Assembly (NCBI GenBank): GCA_050117845.1 | Contig: JASFLY010000005.1 | Span: 1-64,000, forward strand | Source of the DNA: Candidatus Zixiibacteriota bacterium | GTDB lineage: Bacteria > RBG-13-66-14 > B26-G2 > WVWN01 | DNA length: 64,000 nucleotides | Direction of reading: 5' to 3' | Part shown: in pieces, positions 10,076 to 20,200 of the stretch | Numbering within the stretch: position 1 is the stretch's first letter | Layout of the letters: the number at the start of each line of letters is the position of its first letter | The notes under the pieces: model-generated | What the model was told of the DNA's origin: nothing | The model's database searches: none | Seen by the model: the letters and a program-made list of their open reading frames with translations, nothing else | Translations under genes and position numbers: made by a program

Positions 10076-10192
10076 TTAATCCATGAGTACGCCCACGCGA
10101 CGCCTCCTCCTGGTATTATGTCCGGGCCCTAACCGGGCCTTTCGGCGCGCTCCGCGCTGCGGACATCACGTTTTCCAATGGGCGTGGGTCAC
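10076..10192 (-). CDS. Putative leader peptide A, MTHAHWKT-[TGA]-C... (8 aa if terminated at TGA, 38 aa if read through)
   Basis: AAAGGAGG RBS at 10204-10211; GTG 10192; TGA 10168-10166 followed by TGT; homologous to leader B at 55.8 kb. Confidence 0.6.
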
Positions 10193-10230
10193 TTACGGGA
10201 TCGCCTCCTTTACGAATAGGATTGGCTCTT

Positions 10231-10259
10231 ATACTAAATGGGGCGACGTACCTTGTCAA
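10231..10259 (-). promoter_or_regulatory. Sigma70-like promoter of leader A/yedE operon
   Basis: TTGACA-N17-TAGTAT. Confidence 0.75.
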
Positions 10260-10444
10260 TAAATAATTAATTCCGGGTAGCGGGCAGCGCCGCGTCGGTT
10301 CCGTCGTATTATACGAAACAATTACATGTTTAATACGTATAAATAATACCATGATTCATTATATTAAGGGGAATATGCCTAATATTAATTTTCCTATTGA
10401 TTATCGCGAAGGGATATGTTAATAATATACCAGCCAAGGAGGTG

Positions 10445-10831
10445 ATGGCTTTGCCGATTTTACCGGGAAAATGCCCCTTTTGCGGGGGAAAGGTGGAAGT
10501 AACGGCGTTCGCATGCTCGGCCTGCGAGGCCGGCGTAGAGGGGCGGTTTACGCCCAATAAACTGGCCGCGCTGAACAGCGAACAGGCCGAGTTCGTACTG
10601 GCCTTCGTGCGGTGCCGCGGCAACATTAAAGAGCTGGAACGCGAGCTCCGCATTTCCTACCCGACCGTTCGGGCGCGTCTGGACGAGGTTATCCGGGCCC
10701 TGGGGTTCCGGGTGGCCGAGGACGCCGCCGCGGCCGAGGAGGCTCGGGCGCGAAGGGCCGACGTCCTCGCCGCAGTCGAACGCGGCGATATGACCGCGGC
10801 TGAAGCCGCCGACGCGCTCAAGGGAATCTAG
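10445..10831 (+). CDS. DUF2089 family protein (Zn ribbon + HTH)
   Basis: CPFCG...CSAC; FVRCRGNIKELERELRISYPTVRARLD. Confidence 0.9.
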   Translation: MALPILPGKCPFCGGKVEVTAFACSACEAGVEGRFTPNKLAALNSEQAEFVLAFVRCRGNIKELERELRISYPTVRARLDEVIRALGFRVAEDAAAAEEARARRADVLAAVERGDMTAAEAADALKGI

Positions 10832-10869
10832 CCGTTAACGGGGTTTAAAAATATCCTAAGGAGTAGAGT

Positions 10870-11793
10870 ATGGCCGACGACGAGAGGTTGGATATTCTCA
10901 AGAAATTGGAACAGGGTGAGATTACCGCCGCGCAGGCCGAGGAGATGTTAGACGGGCTGGAGGCAGATACCGAAGTCGAGGCGGCGCCCGAGGCCGACGC
11001 CTTCACCGATATTACGCAATGGTCGCCCGACGGGCCTATAACGGAACTTACGGTCGAAGGATTCGTCGGCCGCGTTAACGCCCGGACGGGGGACCAGGTC
11101 CTCGTCGTGGCCACGGCGCGTGCGCGGGCGAAGGACGAGGCGGCCGCCCGCGAGGCGTTCGATAAGGTCGAACTCACCTTCGACGAGGAGGACGGCCGAG
11201 CCCGGGCCAAAGCGGACATAACCAAAAGCATCTTCAGCTTCTTCCGGGGCGATAAGATCTCGGTCGACTTCGACGTAACGGTTCCCGCCGACGTCGTACT
11301 CAAGGCGAATATCGGAACCGGCCCGGTCCGGACCGACGGCGTCACCTCCGTCCGGGCCAACCTCGGGCAGGGCAAAGTTGAAACCGACGCCGCCGACGTC
11401 GACGTCAACCTGGGCAACGGCAAGGTCTTCAGCCGGGGAGCACGGGAGTTGACGATTAACGGCGGTAACATACGGGCCACGGTCGACGATGCCGGCGGCC
11501 TGGAGACTTTCAAGTTCAACGCCGGCAACGGCCACGTGGACGCCAGGATTCCCGACCTCCCCGCGAACGCGGATTACTCGATGCACTTCGGGAACGGCCA
11601 CGTCAACGTCGAGTTCGGCCGCAAACCGACCAACTGCCGTATAAACGTCGACTCCCTCGCCGGGAACGTCCAGGCCGACTTCCCCTTCGAGAAAGAGGGG
11701 ACGCGAATGCTGTACATCGACGGCGAGGAGAAGGCTCAGATTAAAATAACCGGCGCCCATTGCCGCGTCGAAATGAGATTGAAGGAGGAATAA
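10870..11793 (+). CDS. SHOCT-like N-terminus + DUF4097-like beta-repeat protein
   Basis: ERLDILKKLEQGEITAAQAEEML; repeated GNG-x-V strands; typical DUF2089 operon context. Confidence 0.7.
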   Translation: MADDERLDILKKLEQGEITAAQAEEMLDGLEADTEVEAAPEADAFTDITQWSPDGPITELTVEGFVGRVNARTGDQVLVVATARARAKDEAAAREAFDKVELTFDEEDGRARAKADITKSIFSFFRGDKISVDFDVTVPADVVLKANIGTGPVRTDGVTSVRANLGQGKVETDAADVDVNLGNGKVFSRGARELTINGGNIRATVDDAGGLETFKFNAGNGHVDARIPDLPANADYSMHFGNGHVNVEFGRKPTNCRINVDSLAGNVQADFPFEKEGTRMLYIDGEEKAQIKITGAHCRVEMRLKEE

Positions 11794-11795
11794 CG

Positions 11796-12176
11796 ATGCT
11801 TAATGAAGAACGTTTAAAGATATTGAAACTGCTGGAGACCGGCAAGGTAAACGCGGACGAGGCGGCCCGATTGCTGGAGGCGGTCGGCGAGGGCGGCGAT
11901 GCCCCCACCGTCGAAGGCCGGCCTGCGGGTAAGGGCAAGACGCTGAAGATCCGCGTATTCAAGGGCGACAACAACCGTCCCAGCGTCAACGTCAACGTCC
12001 CCTTTAGCCTGGCACGTTGGGCGATGAAGTTCGCCCCGGAGAACTCCAAGGCTCGCATGGGCGACAGGGAGATAAGACTCGACGAACTCGGGTCCCTTCT
12101 GGATAAGGGTTTGGGGGAAGTTATTACCGTCGAGGACCACGATAAAAACGAACGGATAGAGATCTCGGTGGAATAA
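11796..12176 (+). CDS. SHOCT-like domain protein (DUF2089 operon)
   Basis: EERLKILKLLETGKVNADEAARLL; VNVNVPFSLA. Confidence 0.75.
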   Translation: MLNEERLKILKLLETGKVNADEAARLLEAVGEGGDAPTVEGRPAGKGKTLKIRVFKGDNNRPSVNVNVPFSLARWAMKFAPENSKARMGDREIRLDELGSLLDKGLGEVITVEDHDKNERIEISVE

Positions 12177-12188
12177 TATCGACCGCCG

Positions 12189-12223
12189 TAAAAAATAACC
12201 CCGGCCCTCGGGCCGGGGTTTTT
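12189..12223. terminator. Bidirectional intrinsic terminator
   Basis: AACCCCGGCCC-TC-GGGCCGGGGTTTTT with upstream A-run. Confidence 0.75.
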
Positions 12224-12246
12224 GCGTGTTACCCAATTCGTAAGCG

Positions 12247-13884
12247 TTATTTAACCAAGACCATCTTCCGGGCGGCCTCGTTGCCGCCGGATTCCAGGTG
12301 GTAGACGTAAACGCCGGGCGGGAGAGGGAGGTTGAGCGTCAACTCGTGTTTGCCGACGCCGTAGTCCTCGTCCAGTTGATACAGCTCGCGGCCCGCCATA
12401 TCGTATATCCGAAAGGTCGCCGGGCCTCCCTGGGCGAGCGAGAACGCGAAGGTCGCCGTGCCCGTCGTCGGGTTGGGGTAGCTCTGGGCCAGGGCGAAAC
12501 TCGTGGGGCGCCCGCCGGCCCTAATTGCTATCGGGGCCGATAATCGGTAATAGTCGCCGGGCCCCAGCGCCTCCACTATGTACGTATACGTTTTCCCCGG
12601 CGTCACGGCCTCGTCCCGAACCTCGAACGACCCTTCGCCGGTCAGGGGCTCGTCGTTGAGGCGGGGGCGGCCGGGCGTGCCCTCTTCCTCCCGGTACAGG
12701 TTGTAGCCGGCGGCGGCGGGGGTGTACGCCGGCTCCCACGATACGACGATCTCGCCGACCCCCGTCGCCGCTTCGAACTCGGCGACGCTCAGGTCGCGGA
12801 TGATCCGGTCCATTCCCATCAGGCACAGGTACGACGTAACCCAGGTGTGGTCGTGCGTGTCGTCCAGGGCCTGGCTCGGCGGGATGCCGCCGTCGTTGTC
12901 CGTGTCCTGTGCGACGAGGTTGTTAACTATCCGGTCGAACTTATTCCAGTAGCCCCCGTTCCCGCAACCGCGGTAGGCGCTGTGGTGGCCCAGCATGAAC
13001 CAGCCGTTCCACGCGTTGTCCCAGGTACCCACGCCCGGTTCCGCGAGTTCGGCCAGGTACGTGCCGTACTCCTCCATCCACGCCTTCTCCTGACCGGGGT
13101 ATTCCCGGAAATACGAATTGTGGAGGCCCCAGACCACGGCGCCGCCGGACATCGCCCACGAGTAACGACCTATGCACCAGGCCGGAGCCTCTTCGGCGTA
13201 GGCCTTGACGTCCCGGGCGAGTTCGAGCGCGCCGGCCTTCAGGTCGTCGTCGCCGACGTCGACCGCGTACTCGTAGAGGTTGCCCACGGCCCACGCGGTG
13301 CAGAGGTAGTTATTCTGGAAGGAGAGGGGTTCGATTTCGATGTGATTCTCGACCACGAAGCGGGCGCAGGTCAAGCCGTAGTCGCGGCGGTCCTCGTTGC
13401 CCGTGGCGCGGCGGTACATCATCTCGGCCCTCATGCCCCAACCGCAGTTATAGATGCGGTAATACTGCGAGGCCGGGGCGCCCCAGCCCTCCTCTTCCCA
13501 CGCCGGGTTATTGGTGAGGTAGGTCCACGAGCGGGCAACGGCGTCGTCGTACGCGTCGCTCCCGGTCAGTTCGCGCCAGCGCGACCATACCCATACCGAT
13601 TCCTGGGTGTTGTCCGACTGGATGACGTTGGGCAAGTCCTCGCCCTCGCGAATGCCGCCGTAGTCGGGGTCTTCGGGATCCTTAACCTGCCAGTATTCGA
13701 TGAAGGCGCAGGCGTGGCCGAATACCTGGTCGGGGTCGAAGCCCTGGGCCATAGCGTCGAAGTCCAGGCGGGGTGGCACCGGCGGCCCGGTCGGCTCGGC
13801 CAGTTCCTCCGGCGTCCAGAATTCCGTACCGTACGCGGCGACGGCCGTTAGTATTACGGCCAGTGCAATACCGTATTTTTTCAT
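12247..13884 (-). CDS. Secreted alpha/alpha-barrel-like protein with FN3-like domain and T9SS type-A/FlgD-like C-terminal sorting domain
   Basis: Signal peptide; C-terminal SFALAQSYPNP...IYDMAGR...LPPGVYVYHL...KMVLVK. Confidence 0.75.
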   Translation of the reverse strand: MKKYGIALAVILTAVAAYGTEFWTPEELAEPTGPPVPPRLDFDAMAQGFDPDQVFGHACAFIEYWQVKDPEDPDYGGIREGEDLPNVIQSDNTQESVWVWSRWRELTGSDAYDDAVARSWTYLTNNPAWEEEGWGAPASQYYRIYNCGWGMRAEMMYRRATGNEDRRDYGLTCARFVVENHIEIEPLSFQNNYLCTAWAVGNLYEYAVDVGDDDLKAGALELARDVKAYAEEAPAWCIGRYSWAMSGGAVVWGLHNSYFREYPGQEKAWMEEYGTYLAELAEPGVGTWDNAWNGWFMLGHHSAYRGCGNGGYWNKFDRIVNNLVAQDTDNDGGIPPSQALDDTHDHTWVTSYLCLMGMDRIIRDLSVAEFEAATGVGEIVVSWEPAYTPAAAGYNLYREEEGTPGRPRLNDEPLTGEGSFEVRDEAVTPGKTYTYIVEALGPGDYYRLSAPIAIRAGGRPTSFALAQSYPNPTTGTATFAFSLAQGGPATFRIYDMAGRELYQLDEDYGVGKHELTLNLPLPPGVYVYHLESGGNEAARKMVLVK

Positions 13885-13917
13885 GATGACGTCCTCCGGC
13901 GGCGCGTTGCCGCAGTT

Positions 13918-15942
13918 TTACTCCACCGGGACGAACGCGAACGCTCCGTCGTCCCAGACGTATTCTTCGCGGAAGGCCGAGTCTTCTTCCTCGACCGTAA
14001 CCCACCCGGAGTGGAGCACGGTCGGCGGCGGGCCGATCTGCAGGGCGGCGTCGGCCGAGTAGCCGTAGTCGGGCTGTTCTATCTTCGTCTCCTCGGTCAT
14101 GAAGCGGCCCACTTCGCGCAGGGCGGAACCGTCGTAGCGATAAAGTATATTGTAGGTAACGCGGCCGGCCTCGCCGTCCGCCGTCTCGTAGCACGAGAGG
14201 AAACCGGGGCTTGCGTTCGGCGTGGCGATTATGCCGGGGCGCCAGAGGGAGGGGCGTCCCGTCGTCACGTATTCCCCCCGGAACTCGTCTCCGTCCCGGA
14301 GGAAATAGTAAAGTTCCTTGGGGTCTTCTCCCCGGTGGACGATGACGGCCAGGTCGTCGCCGGGGGAGCCGTCGAGGTCCCCGGTGGCGAACGTCAGGTA
14401 ATTGTAGCCGCCACGTTCTTCCAGGTAATCCAGGAAGTGCCGCCACCCCGCGCCCTCCCGAACGGCGGCGTACGCGGCGAGCGCGTCCAGCGCCTCTCCG
14501 CTCCACCAAGATGCGCCCAGCTTCTCGCATCGGAAGTAGTATTCTATGGCGGCGTCGTGGTCGCCGCGCGCGGCGGCGCAGTCGCCCAGGCGCAGGAGGT
14601 CGTATTCCGCGAACACGCCTTCGGGCGTGGCGTCCAGCGCGTCCTCGAAAAGTCCGACGGCGGTTTTATACTCGCCGGCGTGATAAAAGCAGTCGGCGAG
14701 ATGCGTGAGCGTGCCGGCTCGCTCTTCCTCGTCCCCTACGGCTTTCAGGTAGCGGCCCAGGTGCTTTTTAAGGTATTTCAACTCGTCCCGCGTCGGCGAG
14801 TCCTGATATTCGAAATTATAGCCGTACAGGGCTTCGCGCACGGCGTACCGGTACGCCTCCGGCCAGCGGGGATGGTCGCCCCGCTCGCGTAGGAAAGCGA
14901 GGAGTTCGCCGAAATCGCCGACGCTCAACACGGCCTCGGCGGCGGCGGCCGTCTCCGGGTACTCGTCTATAAGGCGCCGGTAGTTCGCGCTGTCGCCGGC
15001 GTAATACAGCCGTAGGGCTTCGGGCGGGTCTTTGTCCAATCTATCCAGTAACGTCAGCTTATCGGCGATGCCCGGGGCCGCTTCGGCGTTCAGGGCCGCG
15101 GCCTCCTCCAGGTACGCCCGGCCCGCGGCCGCGTCGCCCGCGTCGAGCGCCGCCCGAGTCAGCATCAGCTTGGCGGGGAAAGACGCCGTCGCGGCCAGTG
15201 CGTCCTCGTACTCGTCGAGTTCGGCCTCGCTATAGTCGCCCTTTTCGTCCGGGGCGAACAACTCCGCCCGGAAATAGGGGGAGGGGTCCTCCTCGCCCGA
15301 CACCTCACGCGTCAGCGCCCATATCTCCGACACGCCGTCGCCGTTAACGTCCTCGAAAGTATATTCCGTCGTACTGTAGAGCGAACCGCCGTACTCCCAG
15401 GCCGAGGAATCCTCGCCGCCGTACCAGCGGGAGTAATAATCCTCGTGGGTTCGCGTTTCACCCTCGAAGGACGGGACCAGCGATTCGCCGTCGATGCGGT
15501 AAAGAACGTAATAATCGTACTCGGTCCCCATGCCGGAACCGTACGAGGCTTCGGTGCAGGTGAAGGCGTAGTAGGTTCGGCCGTCTATTTGCTTCTTGAA
15601 CGCCGTGCCGTTGTCGCCGCCGATGTCGGGCATGAAGAGTATCGGCGTTTCCACGGCGCAGACCCGCCACCCGTCGCCCTCCCGGACGATGAGTACCGGG
15701 TAGACCTCCGTGTGATAGCCGTAGTCGAAGCGGACGACGCCGAAACCCTGGTCCTGCGTTTCGGCGACTATGAAGTCGGCGGTCGGCGTTAGTTCCGGTT
15801 CTCCGGGCGCGGTGGGAAGCTGTTCGCCGACCAGCGGCGCGATATCCTTCGCGAGCGGGAAATCGGCGGACGCCGGCCCGGCGGCGAGGGCCGCGATCAG
15901 GCCGGCGTAGACGAGCGCGTAGCGGCGGATACTATTATTCAT
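13918..15942 (-). CDS. Secreted tetratricopeptide-repeat protein
   Basis: Signal peptide after MNNSIRR; TPR-like helices LADCFYHAGEYKTA and LGDCAAARGDHDAA. Confidence 0.6.
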   Translation of the reverse strand: MNNSIRRYALVYAGLIAALAAGPASADFPLAKDIAPLVGEQLPTAPGEPELTPTADFIVAETQDQGFGVVRFDYGYHTEVYPVLIVREGDGWRVCAVETPILFMPDIGGDNGTAFKKQIDGRTYYAFTCTEASYGSGMGTEYDYYVLYRIDGESLVPSFEGETRTHEDYYSRWYGGEDSSAWEYGGSLYSTTEYTFEDVNGDGVSEIWALTREVSGEEDPSPYFRAELFAPDEKGDYSEAELDEYEDALAATASFPAKLMLTRAALDAGDAAAGRAYLEEAAALNAEAAPGIADKLTLLDRLDKDPPEALRLYYAGDSANYRRLIDEYPETAAAAEAVLSVGDFGELLAFLRERGDHPRWPEAYRYAVREALYGYNFEYQDSPTRDELKYLKKHLGRYLKAVGDEEERAGTLTHLADCFYHAGEYKTAVGLFEDALDATPEGVFAEYDLLRLGDCAAARGDHDAAIEYYFRCEKLGASWWSGEALDALAAYAAVREGAGWRHFLDYLEERGGYNYLTFATGDLDGSPGDDLAVIVHRGEDPKELYYFLRDGDEFRGEYVTTGRPSLWRPGIIATPNASPGFLSCYETADGEAGRVTYNILYRYDGSALREVGRFMTEETKIEQPDYGYSADAALQIGPPPTVLHSGWVTVEEEDSAFREEYVWDDGAFAFVPVE

Positions 15943-17023
15943 CGGGGATTCCTCCGCCTGCCATCTCCGGCGGCGGTTCGGGCGCGGGTTCTTCCTTGGG
16001 TTCATCGTCCCCCTCAAGTTTGCCTACGAAAGGACGCCACACGTAAGGGTCGGCCCCCAGGTACTGCAGGGTTTCGGCGAGCGACGTTTCGGCCTGGGCC
16101 CGGGCTGTGGCCGTGGCCCGATAGGCGATAAAACCTTCGTCTTCGTAGCGTTCGACGGTTATCTCTTCCTTCTCCGCCATCTCCATTATCCGGCCGGCGT
16201 ACATCGTGAGTTCGGGAATACCGACCGGTTTTTTGAGGCAGAACTTGAAATCCTCGAGGTTATAGGTAGTCTGGATTTCCCGGGCGATCGCGCCGGGGAG
16301 CATTTTGCGGGCGCGGTCCTGCACGCTGCCGCGCACTTCGTCGACGGCCCGGTCCTTGGTGGATTTGGGCATGCTGACGTCGCGGAAGAAGGCCTCGAAG
16401 GTCCGAGTTTCGTCGACGGCGGCTTTCATGGCGGCCTTGGCGTCCGCCAGGCTGGCCGGGTCGTATTCTTTAACAAGGAAAACCAAATTAACCGACCACC
16501 GCAGGTCAAATTTCATGACCTGTGGTTCCGCGGCTCCGGTGTTGGCGGTGGGGGAGTCGTACGTGGAAATTCGCCTCGCTCCCGCGACGGCTCCGGGACC
16601 GTAAGACGTCCCGAGCGCGCCGACGGCTTCTTTGGAGACGACGGCGAGGCGAGCCTGGTCGTCGTCGGTGGCTGTCCCCGCGGCGTCGATGCGCGCCTTT
16701 TCCGCCCGATAGAGTTCGCGAAAGGCGAGGTACGATTCTTTGTGGCCGACGGCGAAGTACTTGGTATGGGCGGCTAGGGCCCGGGCCTCGAGCGTGCCTT
16801 CGGGCGGGGCCGCCCCGGCGAGGAGCGTCGCGATGTCGTTGGCGCGGCCGTACTCGTGTTGGCCCAGGAGGTGGCGCGCGCGCGCGGCAAGCCACGCGGC
16901 GTCCTCGGGCACGAAGGCCCCGGCTTCCAGGCGAAGCTGTCGCCCCTCGACCGTCAGGCCGTACGCCGAGGCCGCGGTAAACGCGGCCGTCGCACAAAGC
17001 GCTAGTATCGTTGCCTTTCCCAC
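15935..17023 (-). CDS. Secreted hypothetical protein
   Basis: 362-aa ORF with signal peptide, overlapping next gene start. Confidence 0.6.
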   Translation of the reverse strand: MGKATILALCATAAFTAASAYGLTVEGRQLRLEAGAFVPEDAAWLAARARHLLGQHEYGRANDIATLLAGAAPPEGTLEARALAAHTKYFAVGHKESYLAFRELYRAEKARIDAAGTATDDDQARLAVVSKEAVGALGTSYGPGAVAGARRISTYDSPTANTGAAEPQVMKFDLRWSVNLVFLVKEYDPASLADAKAAMKAAVDETRTFEAFFRDVSMPKSTKDRAVDEVRGSVQDRARKMLPGAIAREIQTTYNLEDFKFCLKKPVGIPELTMYAGRIMEMAEKEEITVERYEDEGFIAYRATATARAQAETSLAETLQYLGADPYVWRPFVGKLEGDDEPKEEPAPEPPPEMAGGGIPDE

Positions 17024-17161
17024 GCCGCGCGGATATTAACACAGGGCGCCGTTGTCGTCAATAAAGCGTAAACGGTAATTGCGGGTCAAAACGACGATTC
17101 AATGCCAACGGTTAACGACCCCGCTTGACAGCGTTCCGGCCTCCTGTTATTATCCGGCGGG

Positions 17162-17491
17162 ATGTGTGAACGGACGGGTAAGTTTAAAATCGTCGTCTTC
17201 GTCCCGGAGGAGAACCTCGCCGCCGTCCGGGAAGCGATGGCCGGGGCGGGCGCGGGCGTAATAGGCAACTATACTCACTGCTCGTTCGCGATGCCCGGCC
17301 GCGGCACGTTCTTAGGCGGCGCCGGGGCCGACCCCGCCGTGGGAGAGGCCGGCCGTCTTGAGGAAGTGGAGGAGTGGCGGCTCGAGATGGTCGCCCCCTC
17401 GGACGCGCTCCCGGAAGTGATAGCCGCGATGAAAGAGGCCCACCCGTACGAGGAAGTCGCGTACGACGTTTATTCCCTTATCGACCCGTAG
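17162..17491 (+). CDS. Stand-alone NIF3/YqfO PII-like domain protein
   Basis: AGAGVIGNYTHCSF...HPYEEVAYDV. Confidence 0.85.
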   Translation: MCERTGKFKIVVFVPEENLAAVREAMAGAGAGVIGNYTHCSFAMPGRGTFLGGAGADPAVGEAGRLEEVEEWRLEMVAPSDALPEVIAAMKEAHPYEEVAYDVYSLIDP

Positions 17492-17499
17492 GAGGGACC

Positions 17500-18063
17500 T
17501 TGGCGAAAATCGAAATCGATCCGGGGTCGTTCCAGAAGACGCTAAACTGCGGCCCGACCGTGCTGGCCGTTACCCAGCACCGCGGCGCGCCCAATATCAT
17601 TACGCTGGCGTGGGCGACCCCGGTTAGCCACGACCCACCGTTGTTGATGATAGCCGTGTCGCCCCGGCGCTACAGCCATGACCTCCTCGATGCCGGTCGC
17701 GAGGCCACGATCAACGTCCCGTCCTGGGAACTCATTGAAGAGGTGGCGTTCTGCGGTCGCGTCTCCGGCCGCGAGGTGGACAAGTTCGCCGAGACGGCGC
17801 TAACCCCCGTCCCCTCCGAGGAGGTCACGCCGCCGGGAATCGATCAGTGCCTGGTGACGCTCGAGTGCGGTCTGGAGGATTCCCACGAGGCCGGCGACCA
17901 TACCGCCTTCATCTTGCGCGTCGTCCGGGCCCTCGTCGACGAACGGGCGGCGGAAGGCCGCTTCGGCCCGGGCCCCGGCGTCCCTACGACCATACATCAT
18001 TTGGGCGGAAGGTATTTCGCGCCGCTGGGCGGACCGGCGGTGGAAGCCGGGAGGCCGCGGTGA
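17500..18063 (+). CDS. Flavin reductase (flavoredoxin-like) family protein
   Basis: GGAGG RBS + TTG; NIITLAW, SGREVDKF, GDHTAF and IHHLGG motifs. Confidence 0.85.
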   Translation: MAKIEIDPGSFQKTLNCGPTVLAVTQHRGAPNIITLAWATPVSHDPPLLMIAVSPRRYSHDLLDAGREATINVPSWELIEEVAFCGRVSGREVDKFAETALTPVPSEEVTPPGIDQCLVTLECGLEDSHEAGDHTAFILRVVRALVDERAAEGRFGPGPGVPTTIHHLGGRYFAPLGGPAVEAGRPR

Positions 18064-18890
18064 CGAGCGGCCGGAACGCCGGGAGCGAGGGGGGCCCCGG
18101 AAGCAGGCTTTCCATCGTCACGCTTACGAGCGATTTCGGTACCTCCGACGGCTACGTCGCCAGCATGAAGGGCGTGTTGTTGAGCCTGAGCCCCGATTCC
18201 CGACTAATAGACATCAGCCACGACGTTCCTCCCCACGAGATACTTCCCACCGCGCTTATCATCGAGGCCACCGTACCGTATTTCCCTCCGGGGACGGTTC
18301 ATCTGGTCGTGGTGGACCCGGGGGTGGGCTCGGCGCGCCGGGCGTTGGCGGTGGCGGCGCGGGGCCACTACTTCGTCGGCCCCGACAACGGCGTGTTCAC
18401 GCCCTTTCTCGCCGAAGACGAATCGGCCGACGTCGTTATAATCGAGGAGGAGCGCTTCCGCCTCAAGCCGTACTCGAGTACTTTCCACGGCCGGGACCTA
18501 TTCGCGCCGGCGGCCGCGCACATCGCCCGCGGCGCCGACTACCGGGCGCTGGGGCCTTCGTTCGACGGCGCCGTCAAGTTCCCCTGGCCGCGACCCGAGT
18601 TGTCCGACGATAAACTGGTCGGCACGGTACTCCACGTCGACCACTTCGGCAACTGCATTACTTCCATAAGGGAAAGTGACCTCCCGGGGGGTTGGGAGAC
18701 CTATTACGTCAACGGCGGGGAAGTGGAGTTCGGGCCGCTGCGGCGGCACTACGCGGAGGTCGTCTCCGGCGCGCCGCTGGCTTTGGTGAACTCCATGGGG
18801 AGGATAGAACTCGCGATCGCGCAGGGCAATGCCGCGGTCGCGCTGGGCATCGGCACCGGCGACCGCGTCGTCGTGGCCCGGTATAAATAG
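18060..18890 (+). CDS. SAM hydrolase / SAM-dependent halogenase family (DUF62)
   Basis: TLTSDFG, VVDPGVGS, TFHGRDLFAP and DHFGN motifs. Confidence 0.9.
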   Translation: MTSGRNAGSEGGPGSRLSIVTLTSDFGTSDGYVASMKGVLLSLSPDSRLIDISHDVPPHEILPTALIIEATVPYFPPGTVHLVVVDPGVGSARRALAVAARGHYFVGPDNGVFTPFLAEDESADVVIIEEERFRLKPYSSTFHGRDLFAPAAAHIARGADYRALGPSFDGAVKFPWPRPELSDDKLVGTVLHVDHFGNCITSIRESDLPGGWETYYVNGGEVEFGPLRRHYAEVVSGAPLALVNSMGRIELAIAQGNAAVALGIGTGDRVVVARYK

Positions 18891-18899
18891 GTCCGGGGT

Positions 18900-19340
18900 T
18901 TAGCCGCCGAAGAGCCGGCCCCAGAAAGACTTCTTCGGCTCGGCTTGTTTGGGGGCGAGCTGAACGTCGTCGGCGTGGAGCCGCCGGTAGAGTTTGACAT
19001 GACCCTGGCCGGAGCGCGCCTTCCCGACGGCGAGTTTGCCGTCGGGGCCGGCCTCGGCCGTCGCGGCCATGATCCAGATGTGGTAGGATTTGCCCGGCGT
19101 AACCTCGACCGAGTCGGCCAGCATGTCGTGGTAGACGACGCGTTCGTTACCGTCACCGTCGATTTCGGCGACGAGGTGGCTTTTATAAGTGCGGCTGAAA
19201 TATTGATGGCGGTCGAACCACAGGAGGGTCCGGCCGTCGGTCTCCGCTTCCCATCCGACGACGTTCACGACGACGTCCGGTTCACGGGTGGTCAAATGGC
19301 CGACGGTCTCGAAATGCGGATCCGTTTTGAAATCGTACAA
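18900..19340 (-). CDS. Hypothetical protein
   Basis: GGAGG RBS + TTG; ends KKSFWGRLFGG; fills gap between genes. Confidence 0.55.
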   Translation of the reverse strand: MYDFKTDPHFETVGHLTTREPDVVVNVVGWEAETDGRTLLWFDRHQYFSRTYKSHLVAEIDGDGNERVVYHDMLADSVEVTPGKSYHIWIMAATAEAGPDGKLAVGKARSGQGHVKLYRRLHADDVQLAPKQAEPKKSFWGRLFGG

Positions 19341-19378
19341 GTTACTTACCTCCGCGCCCGCGGAAACGGGTTGAGCGT

Positions 19379-20182
19379 ATGAGAGTAGCGTTCGTTCAAT
19401 TCGCGCCGACGTTCGGCCGGGTCGAGGACAACGTCCTCCAGGCCCTGGGTTTCGCCGAAGGCGTCGACGCCGATCTATACGTATTTCCGGAACTCTTCGC
19501 GACCGGCTACCAGTTCGCCGACCGGGAGGAACTCGCCTCCCTCGCGGAACCGGTGACGGGCGGCCTTACGGTAGCCCGCCTCACGGCCTGGTGCCGAGGC
19601 CGCCGCGCCTTCATCTGCGCCGGCATGCCCGAGGCCGAGGGGGATTCCATTTACAACAGCGCCGTGCTCGTGGGGCCCGACGGCCTCCGCGGGGTATACC
19701 GCAAGGCCCACCTCTTCGCGTTCGAGAAGGACCTCTTCGACGTCGCGCCCGACGACCCGTTCGAGGTCTACGACATCGGCCTGGCGCGGGTCGGCATGAT
19801 GATCTGCTTCGACTGGATATTCCCCGAGGTCGCCCGGATCCTGGCGTTGCGCGGCGCCCAGATAATCCTGCACCCGGCGAACCTCATCCTGCCGTACTGC
19901 CCGGCGGCGATGGTGACGCGTTGCCAGGAGAACCGAGTCTTCGCCGTCACATCTAACCGCACGGGCGTCGAGTCCCGCTACGACGAGCCGATGCGGTTCA
20001 TCGGCCAGAGCCAGATAGTGAACCCGACCGGCGAGGTGCTAATCCGCCTCGAGGACGAGGACGCCGCCGTGGCCATTGACGTAAATCCGGCCGAGGCCGA
20101 CAACAAACTCGTAACGCCCCGCAACGACGTCATCGCCGATCGACGCGTCGAGCTCTATAGCGAACTTCTCCGGCCCAAATAG
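19379..20182 (+). CDS. Nitrilase-family carbon-nitrogen hydrolase
   Basis: FPEL, YRKAHL and ICFDW catalytic triad motifs. Confidence 0.9.
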   Translation: MRVAFVQFAPTFGRVEDNVLQALGFAEGVDADLYVFPELFATGYQFADREELASLAEPVTGGLTVARLTAWCRGRRAFICAGMPEAEGDSIYNSAVLVGPDGLRGVYRKAHLFAFEKDLFDVAPDDPFEVYDIGLARVGMMICFDWIFPEVARILALRGAQIILHPANLILPYCPAAMVTRCQENRVFAVTSNRTGVESRYDEPMRFIGQSQIVNPTGEVLIRLEDEDAAVAIDVNPAEADNKLVTPRNDVIADRRVELYSELLRPK

Positions 20183-20200
20183 ACCGGGGCCGGAGGCCGC

